From Candidatus Hydrogenedentota bacterium (lineage in GTDB: Bacteria > Hydrogenedentota > Hydrogenedentia > Hydrogenedentales > JAEUWI01): DNA of 64,000 nucleotides. A program made the position numbers and the translations under genes. Numbering within the stretch: position 1 is the first letter of the stretch; the number at the start of each line of letters is the position of its first letter. Where the stretch lies: positions 32,001-96,000 of the forward strand of contig JAXMOL010000006.1 in the NCBI GenBank assembly GCA_034669905.1, written 5' to 3'. Under the pieces are notes generated by a model that saw only the letters and a list, made by a program, of their open reading frames with translations, did not search any database and was not told the origin of the DNA. Shown here piece after piece: positions 1-9,036 of this stretch.

Positions 1-467
1 GTACGGTCTCCCGCTTCAAATAATCCCCACCCGGAAGCAAATTTGGGGGCACGCACGCCGCTTCAGGGATTATAGTCGCACATGGCGAATGAGTCAATCG
101 CTCCCCCCTTTGTGAATAAGGGACTGTGGGGACGAAGGGGTCTGGGATTACAGGAGCTCGTGAGGCGGTAGTGGGTTGCAATCCCCGGGCGATGGGCAGG
201 CCTTCCATCATCCGTGGCAGGTGTGTAAGCTGGTCTTGCGGGCGTGGAGTGCGCATAGATCGAATAGCGTTAGAGGAAGCTCGGATGGAGCGCGCCTGGG
301 CGGGTAGCCGTTCTTAGAGCGCGTCTGCACCCTCAAGGCGATCCCGGTACGCTAACGTCATCATCAGCGCTTACGAAGGAACGAGGGGAATCGGGGGCGT
401 CGCCGGAGAACGAGACGCAGATTTATTTGTTCGGGACTATGGCACAACCTGATCAGGGAGACATCAC

Positions 468-1415
468 GTGGTGGAAGACAAGGAAGACCGATTTCTGGGA
501 TGCCTGCTGGGATTGGCCGCAGGCGATGCGCTGGGTACCACCCTGGAGTTTAAGCCGCCGGGCAGTTTCACACCCATCGCCGACATGGTGGGCGGCGGAC
601 CCTTCGAGTTGGAAGCGGGACAATGGACCGACGACACGTCGATGGCCTTGTGTCTGGCAGAGAGCCTGATAGAAACCGGGCGCTTTGACCCCGGTGATCA
701 GATGAAACGCTATACCCAATGGCGGGAAGCAGGGCATCTTTCCAGCACCGGACACTGCTTCGACATTGGAAACACCGTTGCGAGTGCTTTGTCCCGATTC
801 GCTGGGACCGGTGAACCCTTCAGTGGCTCGACCTCACCGAACTCCGCCGGCAACGGCTCCATCATGCGCCTGGCCCCCGTTCCCATGGCCTATGCGGATA
901 AGCCGGCAGTGGCGATGGAGAAGTCGGCGGAGAGTTCTCGCACGACCCACGGTTGTGAAGAAGCGGTCGATGCCTGTCGTTACTTTGGCGGACTGCTTGT
1001 GGGGGCCTTGAACGGCGCGACCAGGGAGGCGTTGCTCGCTTCCCGGTACGCACCGGTAGCGGGTTATTGGGAAAGCCATAGGCTGTGCCCAAAGATTGAT
1101 GAAATCGCTGCGGGTTCCTTTAAAGAAAAGGAGCCACCCCAGATTGCGGGGACGGGGTATGTGGTGGCATCCCTCGAAGCGGCCCTGTGGGCCTTTCGTT
1201 CCAGTGCGACCTTTGAGGAGGGCGCGTTGCTCGCCGTTAATCTCGGGGACGACGCCGACACGACGGGTGCGGTATACGGACAGATCGCGGGAGCGTATTA
1301 TGGGGCACAGGGTATTCCCGATTCGTGGCGGAAGAAGCTCGCCATGGGTGACCTGATCGAGGCGTTTGCGAAGAAACTTTGTGGATGGAGAGACGAACGA
1401 CTTGATACAGGTTGA
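468..1415 (+). CDS. ADP-ribosylglycohydrolase (DraG/ARH family)
   Basis: Motifs GLAAGDALG, GQWTDDTSMA, GNGSIMRLAP, GDDADTTGAVYGQIAGA; GGAG upstream of the GTG start. Confidence 0.93.
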   Translation: MVEDKEDRFLGCLLGLAAGDALGTTLEFKPPGSFTPIADMVGGGPFELEAGQWTDDTSMALCLAESLIETGRFDPGDQMKRYTQWREAGHLSSTGHCFDIGNTVASALSRFAGTGEPFSGSTSPNSAGNGSIMRLAPVPMAYADKPAVAMEKSAESSRTTHGCEEAVDACRYFGGLLVGALNGATREALLASRYAPVAGYWESHRLCPKIDEIAAGSFKEKEPPQIAGTGYVVASLEAALWAFRSSATFEEGALLAVNLGDDADTTGAVYGQIAGAYYGAQGIPDSWRKKLAMGDLIEAFAKKLCGWRDERLDTG

Positions 1416-1420
1416 GTTAA

Positions 1421-1468
1421 TCGTTCCCACGCTCTGCTTGGGAGTGGGGATCGCGACGCTCTGCGTCG
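1421..1468. repeat. REP-like palindromic element (TCGTTCCCACGCTCTGC... type)
   Basis: Two short hairpins, TCCCACGC-tct-GCTTGGGA and CGACGC-tct-GCGTCG, right after a stop codon; resembles the TCGTTCCCACGCTCTGCGTGGGA REP class. Confidence 0.6.
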
Positions 1469-1825
1469 ACAGTCCGCAGCGGGCCCTTGTCGTCTTGTGT
1501 GTGCCTTGCCTCGGACAGGTGGAAAACGCGCCGTAGCGGGTGTGTTCAAGCTTCTGGTGGGGTGTTGCCGTTTGATTCGAGCGCTGCCCCGACCGTAGTG
1601 GGGGTTGAGGTCGAATTTGGGATGCTTCCTGCACTAGACTTAAGCGATTGAGCGCGCATCGAAGAAAGACTTTGGGGGTATTGGGGGATGGGGGACGTTG
1701 AAGGGCTGCTCGCCCAACTCACTTGGCTCGCAAAGGCTGATTCTTACCATCCCACACCACAGTTTGGGAGCGGAACAGAATCTTAGCGACAGAACGTCTA
1801 TTGCGAATAGCGAACTTCCCAATCG

Positions 1826-1960
1826 ATGCACTCCGAAAAACTGCACTTGGATCTCGATAGGGTCAACGACACGGGGCGAAGCCCGCTAGAGATCGCGCAA
1901 CATACGGGCAACGAAGAAATGATTGCGCTTGTCGAAAGAATCATGAGGGAAACAGGTTGA
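1826..1960 (+). pseudogene. Ankyrin-repeat C-terminal remnant or 44-aa micro-ORF
   Basis: Own translation: MHSEKLHLDLDRVNDTGRSPLEIAQHTGNEEMIALVERIMRETG*, fitting the ankyrin pattern D-x-N-xx-G-x-(T/S)PLxxA-xxx-G-xx-E; in-frame TAG at 1808; stop overlaps next start (TTGA). Confidence 0.55.
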
Positions 1961-4665
1961 GTTATTCCATTTCGAGATACATCATTCCGTGCGTAGTCCT
2001 GATGGCCGGGGGACTCCTGCCGTCTATTTCTGCGACCGCCCAAACGGTGGTCACCTTCCCCGACCGTGCACTCGACGGACTTGTGCGCTGGGCGTTGGAC
2101 AAGGGGCCGGAGGATGTAATCCTGGACAGCGACATGGCGGAGCTCACGGAGTTGGTGGATATATTCCCCGGTGGGGAGCGAATTCGCCACCTTGATGGTC
2201 TCGAATCTGCCTCCAATCTTACCTTGCTTGCCCTGGAGGATAATTTACTGGAAGACTTGAGCCCATTGGCCGGATTGACACAGCTTCAAGAATTGTATGT
2301 CTCCGAGAATCGCATTTCCGATTTGACGCCCCTGGCCGAGCTGACCGCACTGAGAATTGCTATCGCGAACGACAATCGAATCTCCGATATATCCCCCTTG
2401 GCGAACTTGACGGCATTGACGGTACTTAGACTCAATGAAAATGCCATCCAATATCTGGAAGGGCTCACGAACTTAGAGCAGTTGACTTATCTGGGTCTTC
2501 AGGATAATCGCGTGTCGGACGTGGGGCCCCTTGAGGGGCTTGCCCAGCTCGAGGAGGTGAACGCCGGGGACAACGAGATCGTGGACCTTGCGCCCTTGTT
2601 GAACAATGCGCAGGCTGGCGTATTAGAGCGCATCTACGTCGGCCATAACCTGCTCGATGCTACGGCGGTGTGTACTATCATCCCGGAACTTGATGCGCTG
2701 GGCGTGTACGTTGGCTATTTGATGGAAGTAATCCCTACGCCCTATCCGCGTCCTGATCTTAGCATCGTTTGCGACGATCCCATGGGCGACCGCGATCAGG
2801 ATGGCCTGAGCAATCTGGATGAGGTGAACTTTGGTGCCAGCATGGACGTGGCCGATTCAGACAGCGACGGCTACCTGGACGGCGCCGAGGTGGCCGCCGG
2901 TAGTGACCCGATAGACGATGGCGCCTTTCCCGGGGCCGTCCCCGTAATTATCCCTGACCCGGATTTGGAGTCTGCGGTTCGGAATGACCTGGAGCGGTAC
3001 CGCGGCGACCTCTTCGTGCATCACCTGGAATCGTTGACCACATTGTTTGCTTCGGACCGGGATATCGTTTCGCTTGAAGGGATCGAGTACGCGGCAAATC
3101 TGGAAGTGTTGCATTTGGGCGGCAATAGGATTGGGGACGTTTCGCCACTGAAGGGCCTCGGAAAGCTGCGGACCTTGGACTTGTCGGACAATGGTATAAC
3201 GGACGCGGCCCCGATTGCCGAGTTGAAGCGTATCAGAAGTCTTCATGGCCTGGACCTGTCAGGCAATGCGATTGTGGATGTGGAGCCGATTACGGAGTTG
3301 GAAGGTCTTAACAGCCTTACGCTCCATGATAACCGGATTGAGGATGGGGCCCCGCTGGGCCGTATGAAGGCCTTGGTTTCTCTGGGCTTGAACCAAAATC
3401 CACTGCAGTCTATAGATTTCATCCGTGAACTCAATCCACTCATGATTCTGCGCTTGTCCGGCGTAGGTTGTAGCGACATCTCCGCCGTAGCTGCCCACCC
3501 CGGACTCCAGATACTGGAACTTGCGGACAACGGCATTGTGGACATCAGTCCGCTTGAAGGACTCTATCTGTCGGAGCGGCTGGATCTCCGAAACAACCGT
3601 ATTCGTGACATCAGGCCCCTTCGAAACAAGTTTCTCCTGGCCAGACTCGAGTTGGATGGGAACGAGATATTTAACCCGGGGCCCTTAGTTACCCTGCAAA
3701 CGCTCAGAGGGCTCTCAATCGCAGACAATAACATCACCGGGGCCAATGCGATTGGTACGCTTGGCCGTCTCATCTCCATTAACCTCCGCGCCAACGAACT
3801 GCGTGACGGTGGTTTTGTACGGGGACTTCGGAATAGTTGGAGGTTGAATCTTTCAAAGAACCGACTGTCCGTCCTTCCGCCGGTGAATGCACTGAGTGAG
3901 CTGCGGGAACTCGACATCAGCGACAACGAGATATCAATCATGGAGTCGCTCGACGTGCCTTTTGTCGATGATAGTCTGGATCTGAGTGGAAACCAGTTCA
4001 CGGAAATTCCGCCGCCCCTGGACACCAATCTGGCTGTCGCCGTAGTGGAGCTGTCGCGAAATGCCGTGCCGCTGGACACCATCTGCGCCTACGTAAACCA
4101 GGCGTTCGCCGGTTCCGAGCCGATGACATTGCCCGACGAAACGGTGCGGTTGCTCGACATATGTGCCGCCCCCGATGCGGATATTGATATGGATGGTCTG
4201 GGCGCCTATGACGAATTGGTGGCGGGCAGTGATCCGGAAGCGTCCGACACCGACGGCGATGGCTTCTCTGACGGCGAAGAGGTGGCCGCGGGGACCTATC
4301 CCTACCTGGCGGACAGCTACCCCATCGAGCATCCCAGCACGATGGCCCCCGGGGAGATGGCCGAGGTGTTGCTCGGTCAGTTTGAGACGCTCCATAGCGG
4401 AGGGACGGGCTACCGGCTGGAGTACGGGGAATGCCAGCAGGCTATCGACGGCTTGACCTATGCCCAGTTTGAAGTGTTGGACGCGAACCAGAGCGGCGGC
4501 CTCAGTGAGCTGGAGCTGGAAAAGGCTCTGACGGCGGCGGTGGGTTGTAATCTGGAGATGGACAGCGCCAAGCATGCATTCCATGACAACAAGAGCGACT
4601 TGGCGGTGCTGGGGCTGGCGTTGATGACCTTGGTTGCCATGGGGCGCCGTGGTGGGGATATCTAG
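1957..4665 (+). CDS. Internalin-like leucine-rich-repeat surface protein with TSP3-like DxDxDG repeats, EF-hand-like region and C-terminal hydrophobic anchor
   Basis: Signal peptide; two capped LRR blocks (FPDRAL.., IPDPDL..; LxxLxLxxNxIxDLxPL repeats); DSDSDGYLDGAE and DTDGDGFSDGEE repeats; C-terminal GC..DLAVLGLALMTLVAMGRR. Confidence 0.9.
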   Translation: MSYSISRYIIPCVVLMAGGLLPSISATAQTVVTFPDRALDGLVRWALDKGPEDVILDSDMAELTELVDIFPGGERIRHLDGLESASNLTLLALEDNLLEDLSPLAGLTQLQELYVSENRISDLTPLAELTALRIAIANDNRISDISPLANLTALTVLRLNENAIQYLEGLTNLEQLTYLGLQDNRVSDVGPLEGLAQLEEVNAGDNEIVDLAPLLNNAQAGVLERIYVGHNLLDATAVCTIIPELDALGVYVGYLMEVIPTPYPRPDLSIVCDDPMGDRDQDGLSNLDEVNFGASMDVADSDSDGYLDGAEVAAGSDPIDDGAFPGAVPVIIPDPDLESAVRNDLERYRGDLFVHHLESLTTLFASDRDIVSLEGIEYAANLEVLHLGGNRIGDVSPLKGLGKLRTLDLSDNGITDAAPIAELKRIRSLHGLDLSGNAIVDVEPITELEGLNSLTLHDNRIEDGAPLGRMKALVSLGLNQNPLQSIDFIRELNPLMILRLSGVGCSDISAVAAHPGLQILELADNGIVDISPLEGLYLSERLDLRNNRIRDIRPLRNKFLLARLELDGNEIFNPGPLVTLQTLRGLSIADNNITGANAIGTLGRLISINLRANELRDGGFVRGLRNSWRLNLSKNRLSVLPPVNALSELRELDISDNEISIMESLDVPFVDDSLDLSGNQFTEIPPPLDTNLAVAVVELSRNAVPLDTICAYVNQAFAGSEPMTLPDETVRLLDICAAPDADIDMDGLGAYDELVAGSDPEASDTDGDGFSDGEEVAAGTYPYLADSYPIEHPSTMAPGEMAEVLLGQFETLHSGGTGYRLEYGECQQAIDGLTYAQFEVLDANQSGGLSELELEKALTAAVGCNLEMDSAKHAFHDNKSDLAVLGLALMTLVAMGRRGGDI

Positions 4666-4900
4666 GCGGATGGTGCCCGCGGTCTTACCTCGCCAACAAC
4701 GGGGCGGGCACGCCCTTTCGCGTGTAGGTCTGTACAGCGACGACAGGGAAAGTCCATCGAGGCCGATTTCAGTCCAGTCCTACGTTGGCCAGCCCCTGGG
4801 TCTCATGGGCGAGGCCGTACTTCTATTGGCCTTCTGTAGGCATTCGCGGACCCCTCCGAAACCAACGGCTTGTATTTGATCGAGGGCCACCTTCGCTTAA

Positions 4901-6085
4901 TTAGAATCCCATGATGGATTCAAGATCAAAACTCCGTTCAATCAGCCATACGACCGCGATGAGACCGATGACGGCGGACCCCAATTGGAGGATCCAGCGC
5001 TGATAGAATAATTGTTTTCGCAGGAGAAAGAGCGGGGGGAAGCAGACACATACAAGGGCAAGTTGTCCGAGCTCCACGCCCGCATTGAAGCCGACGAGGG
5101 CGGAGACGAGGGCCTTGGTCTGGGTCGTCAAATGTCCCAGCACCGATGCGAATCCAAAGCCATGAAAGAGACCGAATACAAAAACAAACCCGTAGAGATA
5201 GTTAACATAGCGGGGGAAGAAATTCAGCAGGGCGGCGGCCACAATCGAAGCCGCGATTACCGACTCGACAACACGGGAGGGCAGGGTAATTAGATCGAGG
5301 GCCGCAATCGAAAGGGTGAAACTATGGGCCACCGTGAAGATGGTCACGATTTTCGCAACGTTGATAGAGGCCGGGCGAAAGCCCTCGGCGGCTTCCCAGG
5401 TGTCTTCCCGTCTTACCAATACCGATTGGAGGAGCAGGGTGACCAGAAAGAGGATATGGTCGATGCCAATCCAGATATGCCAGACGCCGTGCTTTATGAA
5501 GGCCAGGACGTTGGCCTTGGGAATCGGCGCCAACAAATCGAGGGTTTGGACAGGCGCTTTGGGGGTGAGCACGAGGGAAATCGCCTCGGTCGTGTTTTCC
5601 TCTCCGGTCAGCGCATTGCGCTTCACGAGGACCAGTCCACGGTGTTGCGGATTTTCCTCGAAGAGCAGGGTGTATTTCAGGCGGAGAAATTGGGGCGGGG
5701 GCTCGGGCAAGGTGATGGTAAAGGGAAAGAGGGCATGTTTTCCCGAGGAATCGCTGACCACGGTCGCATTGCTGCGGTCGAGGGAATACCACGTGGTGTT
5801 GGTGCCCAGGCCTACGTGCGTAAATATATAGTCCGCAGCAGCAGCCGCGTTTTCTGTGAATTCTGCATCAGATACCTTGCCGTCCTGATCGGCGTCCATG
5901 GGCACCACCGCATTTAAGGTCGACAGGGCGAGCTCCACGTGGCCGACGATTTTGGCCGTGTCGATCTGAAGTATGACGAATCCTTCGTCGAGTTGATGGG
6001 CGTAGGCGTGGGGGGTAAGCCCGGTAAAGAGGACAAACAGGAAGGTGGATAGCCGTGCGGGTCCCCAACGCGAGATTACTTGCAT
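4901..6085 (-). CDS. HupE/UreJ family membrane protein with periplasmic N-terminal domain
   Basis: AYAH signal end; HGVWHIWIGIDHILFL, FTVAHSFTL, FGLFHGFGFA, FNAGVELGQ; start moved to MQVISRW. Confidence 0.88.
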   Translation of the reverse strand: MQVISRWGPARLSTFLFVLFTGLTPHAYAHQLDEGFVILQIDTAKIVGHVELALSTLNAVVPMDADQDGKVSDAEFTENAAAAADYIFTHVGLGTNTTWYSLDRSNATVVSDSSGKHALFPFTITLPEPPPQFLRLKYTLLFEENPQHRGLVLVKRNALTGEENTTEAISLVLTPKAPVQTLDLLAPIPKANVLAFIKHGVWHIWIGIDHILFLVTLLLQSVLVRREDTWEAAEGFRPASINVAKIVTIFTVAHSFTLSIAALDLITLPSRVVESVIAASIVAAALLNFFPRYVNYLYGFVFVFGLFHGFGFASVLGHLTTQTKALVSALVGFNAGVELGQLALVCVCFPPLFLLRKQLFYQRWILQLGSAVIGLIAVVWLIERSFDLESIMGF

Positions 6086-6476
6086 GTGCTTCCCTTCATT
6101 CAACCAACTCGTGGTGACGGATGCAGCCACCCAGCCTGGCACCGAGCACGGCATTGTGTACTTTGGACGACGGTCTTTGCCTACGCGCGCTGCGGCGTAC
6201 AGGCTGCTCCAGCGCGCCCTACGGGGCACAGACCGACACCACGGGTTTGAATAACACGTACGCCGCCACGGTGCAAGAAGAATGCCGCTGACCCCAAGAA
6301 CGCCCTTTTTCGGCGATCGCCCTCTGTCTACATACTACATGGTATCGCGAGATCGGAATCGCGTCAAGAGTAGTATGGCCTGAGCGCCGGTTCTTGTAAC
6401 CATGTGAGCACGTACGACTACGCTTTTTCTGTATCCATGGACACGGTCGTCGTACTCCGCGATAGCAGGCGAGCTG

Positions 6477-7739
6477 CTATGGTGCGTCCCCCGACCCTTC
6501 GATACGGTAGAGGTGAGTCTTGCTACGCAGGAGCAGGGCATTTCCGGCCACGGCGGGTGACGCCCAGAGTTCGGCATCGAGTTCGCTGGTCGCGAGTACC
6601 TGAAAGCTTCGGCCCGGTGCGATGACCGTGGTCTTGCCCTTCTTATCCGAGATATATATCCGGTCCTTCGTTGCCAGTAGGGACGCCGAGTAATTGCCCC
6701 GTAGTTGCTCGGTCCACACCGGTGTGCCGGTCTTCGCCTCCATACAGAGGAGGGTGCCGCGGTCGCTCATCGTGTAGAGCAGGTCACCGACGAGTACCGG
6801 GGAGGATTCGTGGGGGGCATCTTCGGTCATTTTCCAGACCACGTGCGTATCGGTGACATCGCCTTTGCCCCCTGGCCGTATGGCCCATAGTTCACTCTTA
6901 CCGGGCGAGCCGCCGGTGTTGACGAAGAGGAGGCCCTGCCCCGTAATGATGCGCGAAATCGTGCTGTCATCGCGATAGCGTACCCGCCAGATTTCTTCGC
7001 CGGTGTCGGGCACATGGCCCGTGACCAGGAGGGCGCCATTGCTGATCATCTGCGGTTCGCCGTTGGATTCGATAAAGACGGGCGTCTGGTACGACTTGAT
7101 GTAGACGCCCGCGATGCCTTCATAAAGGTCGTTGGGCCGATCGTAGCGCCAGATGGTTTCACCCGAGGTCTTGTCCAGTGCGACAATGAAGGGATCGGCG
7201 ACGCCTTCCAGATGGAGAATGACCAGGTTCTTGAACAACACCGGGGAGGAAGCAGGGCCCTGCATGTGATCGCAATTCAGGTCGGTGCGCGTCCAGAGGA
7301 TTGCGCCCGATGCGGTGTCGATACAGGCCGTGCCAAAGGTGCCATAGTGGACGTAGACCCGCCCGGCTTCGATGGTGGCCGAGGGGGTGGCATAACTGTT
7401 GTGGGGATTGATGCGCTGAGGCTCGTCCACTTCGAAGACGAGGATGTCATGGACGATGGCACCTGTGTTCAGATTGACGCAAAGGGCGTAGAGCGCCGTG
7501 CCGTCTTTGCGGGCGGTGGTGAGCCACACCTGGTCTTCCCAGATAACGGGGGTCGAATGGCCCAGATCATGGAGGGCCGTTTTCCAAGTGATGTTTTCCG
7601 TCTCCGACCAATGGAGCGGGAGCGCGGTGGCGGTCGTCTGGCCGTCGTTCGTAGGGCCACGCCAATCGGCCCACTCTCCGTGGGCATAACAAGTGACGAC
7701 AAAACACAGGATGGTCACGGAGGATTGAAGGATTCGCAT
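6477..7739 (-). CDS. PQQ-like (BamB-type) beta-propeller protein
   Basis: Signal peptide, DWRGPTNDG, W-x-T..GHSTPV, repeated xDxxTGxxxW and SSPV blades; start moved to MRILQ. Confidence 0.88.
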   Translation of the reverse strand: MRILQSSVTILCFVVTCYAHGEWADWRGPTNDGQTTATALPLHWSETENITWKTALHDLGHSTPVIWEDQVWLTTARKDGTALYALCVNLNTGAIVHDILVFEVDEPQRINPHNSYATPSATIEAGRVYVHYGTFGTACIDTASGAILWTRTDLNCDHMQGPASSPVLFKNLVILHLEGVADPFIVALDKTSGETIWRYDRPNDLYEGIAGVYIKSYQTPVFIESNGEPQMISNGALLVTGHVPDTGEEIWRVRYRDDSTISRIITGQGLLFVNTGGSPGKSELWAIRPGGKGDVTDTHVVWKMTEDAPHESSPVLVGDLLYTMSDRGTLLCMEAKTGTPVWTEQLRGNYSASLLATKDRIYISDKKGKTTVIAPGRSFQVLATSELDAELWASPAVAGNALLLRSKTHLYRIEGSGDAP

Positions 7740-7917
7740 TGGGTTCACACTCCCTTTTCGGTAGGCCTCAGTAGACCAGAAATCCGTCGAAGGGTCAACC
7801 GACAGGTGCCTCTTTCGGGGACCGGGAATGGGCGTGATTGGCCGGCAGGGATTTATTGCCGACTTCCGCGTATAGTAGGAGGCCTGTCGCAGGAACCGTA
7901 TATCAGGAGGATTCGTC

Positions 7918-9027
7918 ATGCCGGGTATTCACAGATTGTGGTCATGGGGGGTGGCCCTGGGCTTCTTGGTGTTGACGTGCACCGCGCGGGGAGTAAGTCC
8001 GCCGTCCACTGTCGCGGTGATTACCAATGAAACGGGCGCCCATCTGGGGGCTTACTTTCGCAGTCTGGCCGCGGCGCCTGAAGTAGGCCGGGTGGTTCTC
8101 GCCGATCCCGACGGTGAGGCCGAAGAAGGGGCGCGGAAATTACTCGGTGAGAAGCTGACGGCCGTGTATTCCGGGGAGGCCGCCCTTTATGCCGCCGAGT
8201 CGCCTGTTATGGCACTGGTCACGATGGAGGCCCGGGAAGCGCCCCGTGCCGTTCGTGCGGCCCTGGAAGCGGGCTGTCACGTGTTGGCGGAGAAGCCAGC
8301 CTGTGTTTCGGTGGCGGATTTCGAAGCGCTGGTGGCGCTGGCGGAAAGGAAAGAACGCCATCTCATGCTGGCCCTGGCCAATCGACTCAATCCCGAAATT
8401 CAGAAGGCGAAGACGCTGGTGGAGACGGGTGCACTGGGCCGTATTTACGGCCTGCAGATGAATCTTATCGACGAGCAGTCCCGGCTGCGCTCCACGGCCT
8501 ATCAACAGTCCTGGTTCGCCGACCGAAAACGGGCTGGCGGGGGCCACCTGACCTGGCTTGGGATCCACGGGCTGGACCTCACCATGTATGTGACGGGTGC
8601 CGAGGTGACCGATGTGACCGGGTTTGTGGGCAACATCGGTGGGGAGCCCGTGGCGATTGAAGACGGCGCCGCCTTATCACTGCGTTACGACAATGGCGTC
8701 GTGGGTACCGTGTTGTCAGGCTACTTTCTTGATAAGGATTCGGGCACCTTCTTTAAGGTATGGGGTTCAAAAGGGTGGCTCGAAATCACCTCCGAACGCC
8801 CCCGTCAGGTGCGATGGTTCAGCACGGCGGAGCCGACTCCGGTTTCGGAGGTTTTTGATGGCGCGGCGGACCATTCTCCCTATGCGGCATTTGTCCGCGC
8901 CTGCGTTCGGGCCAGCCGCGGTGAGGAGGCGGCGCCCATTACGGGCCGGGAGTGCCTGCGGGTGTTGCAGGTGATCTTCGGGGCTTACGGGGCGTCGGAT
9001 AGTGGGACGACTGTCACGCTGGAGTGA
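7918..9027 (+). CDS. Gfo/Idh/MocA family oxidoreductase
   Basis: ALEAGCHVLAEKP, AGGGHLTWLGIHGLDL, IEDGA motifs. Confidence 0.85.
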   Translation: MPGIHRLWSWGVALGFLVLTCTARGVSPPSTVAVITNETGAHLGAYFRSLAAAPEVGRVVLADPDGEAEEGARKLLGEKLTAVYSGEAALYAAESPVMALVTMEAREAPRAVRAALEAGCHVLAEKPACVSVADFEALVALAERKERHLMLALANRLNPEIQKAKTLVETGALGRIYGLQMNLIDEQSRLRSTAYQQSWFADRKRAGGGHLTWLGIHGLDLTMYVTGAEVTDVTGFVGNIGGEPVAIEDGAALSLRYDNGVVGTVLSGYFLDKDSGTFFKVWGSKGWLEITSERPRQVRWFSTAEPTPVSEVFDGAADHSPYAAFVRACVRASRGEEAAPITGRECLRVLQVIFGAYGASDSGTTVTLE

Positions 9028-9036
9028 TGCCCGGAC

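Larger units (their letters stand above)
1407..1964. repeat. 13-bp direct repeat ACAGGTTGAGTTA (1407-1419 and 1952-1964)
   Basis: Identical 13-mers read directly from the sequence, each containing an ACA GGT TGA gene end. Confidence 0.8.

Noticed and set aside
468..1415. DraT/DraG nitrogenase switch or toxin-antitoxin pair
   Set aside because: No ADP-ribosyltransferase, macrodomain or nif gene is visible; context upstream of base 1 is unknown.
1407..1964. Integron cassette/attC interpretation (GTTGAGT fits GTTRRRY; GCCCAAC near 1712)
   Set aside because: No properly ordered RYYYAAC...GTTRRRY palindrome and no integrase in the window.
6086..6476. Cobalamin or NiCo riboswitch upstream of HupE/UreJ
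   Set aside because: No B12-box or other conserved motif seen.
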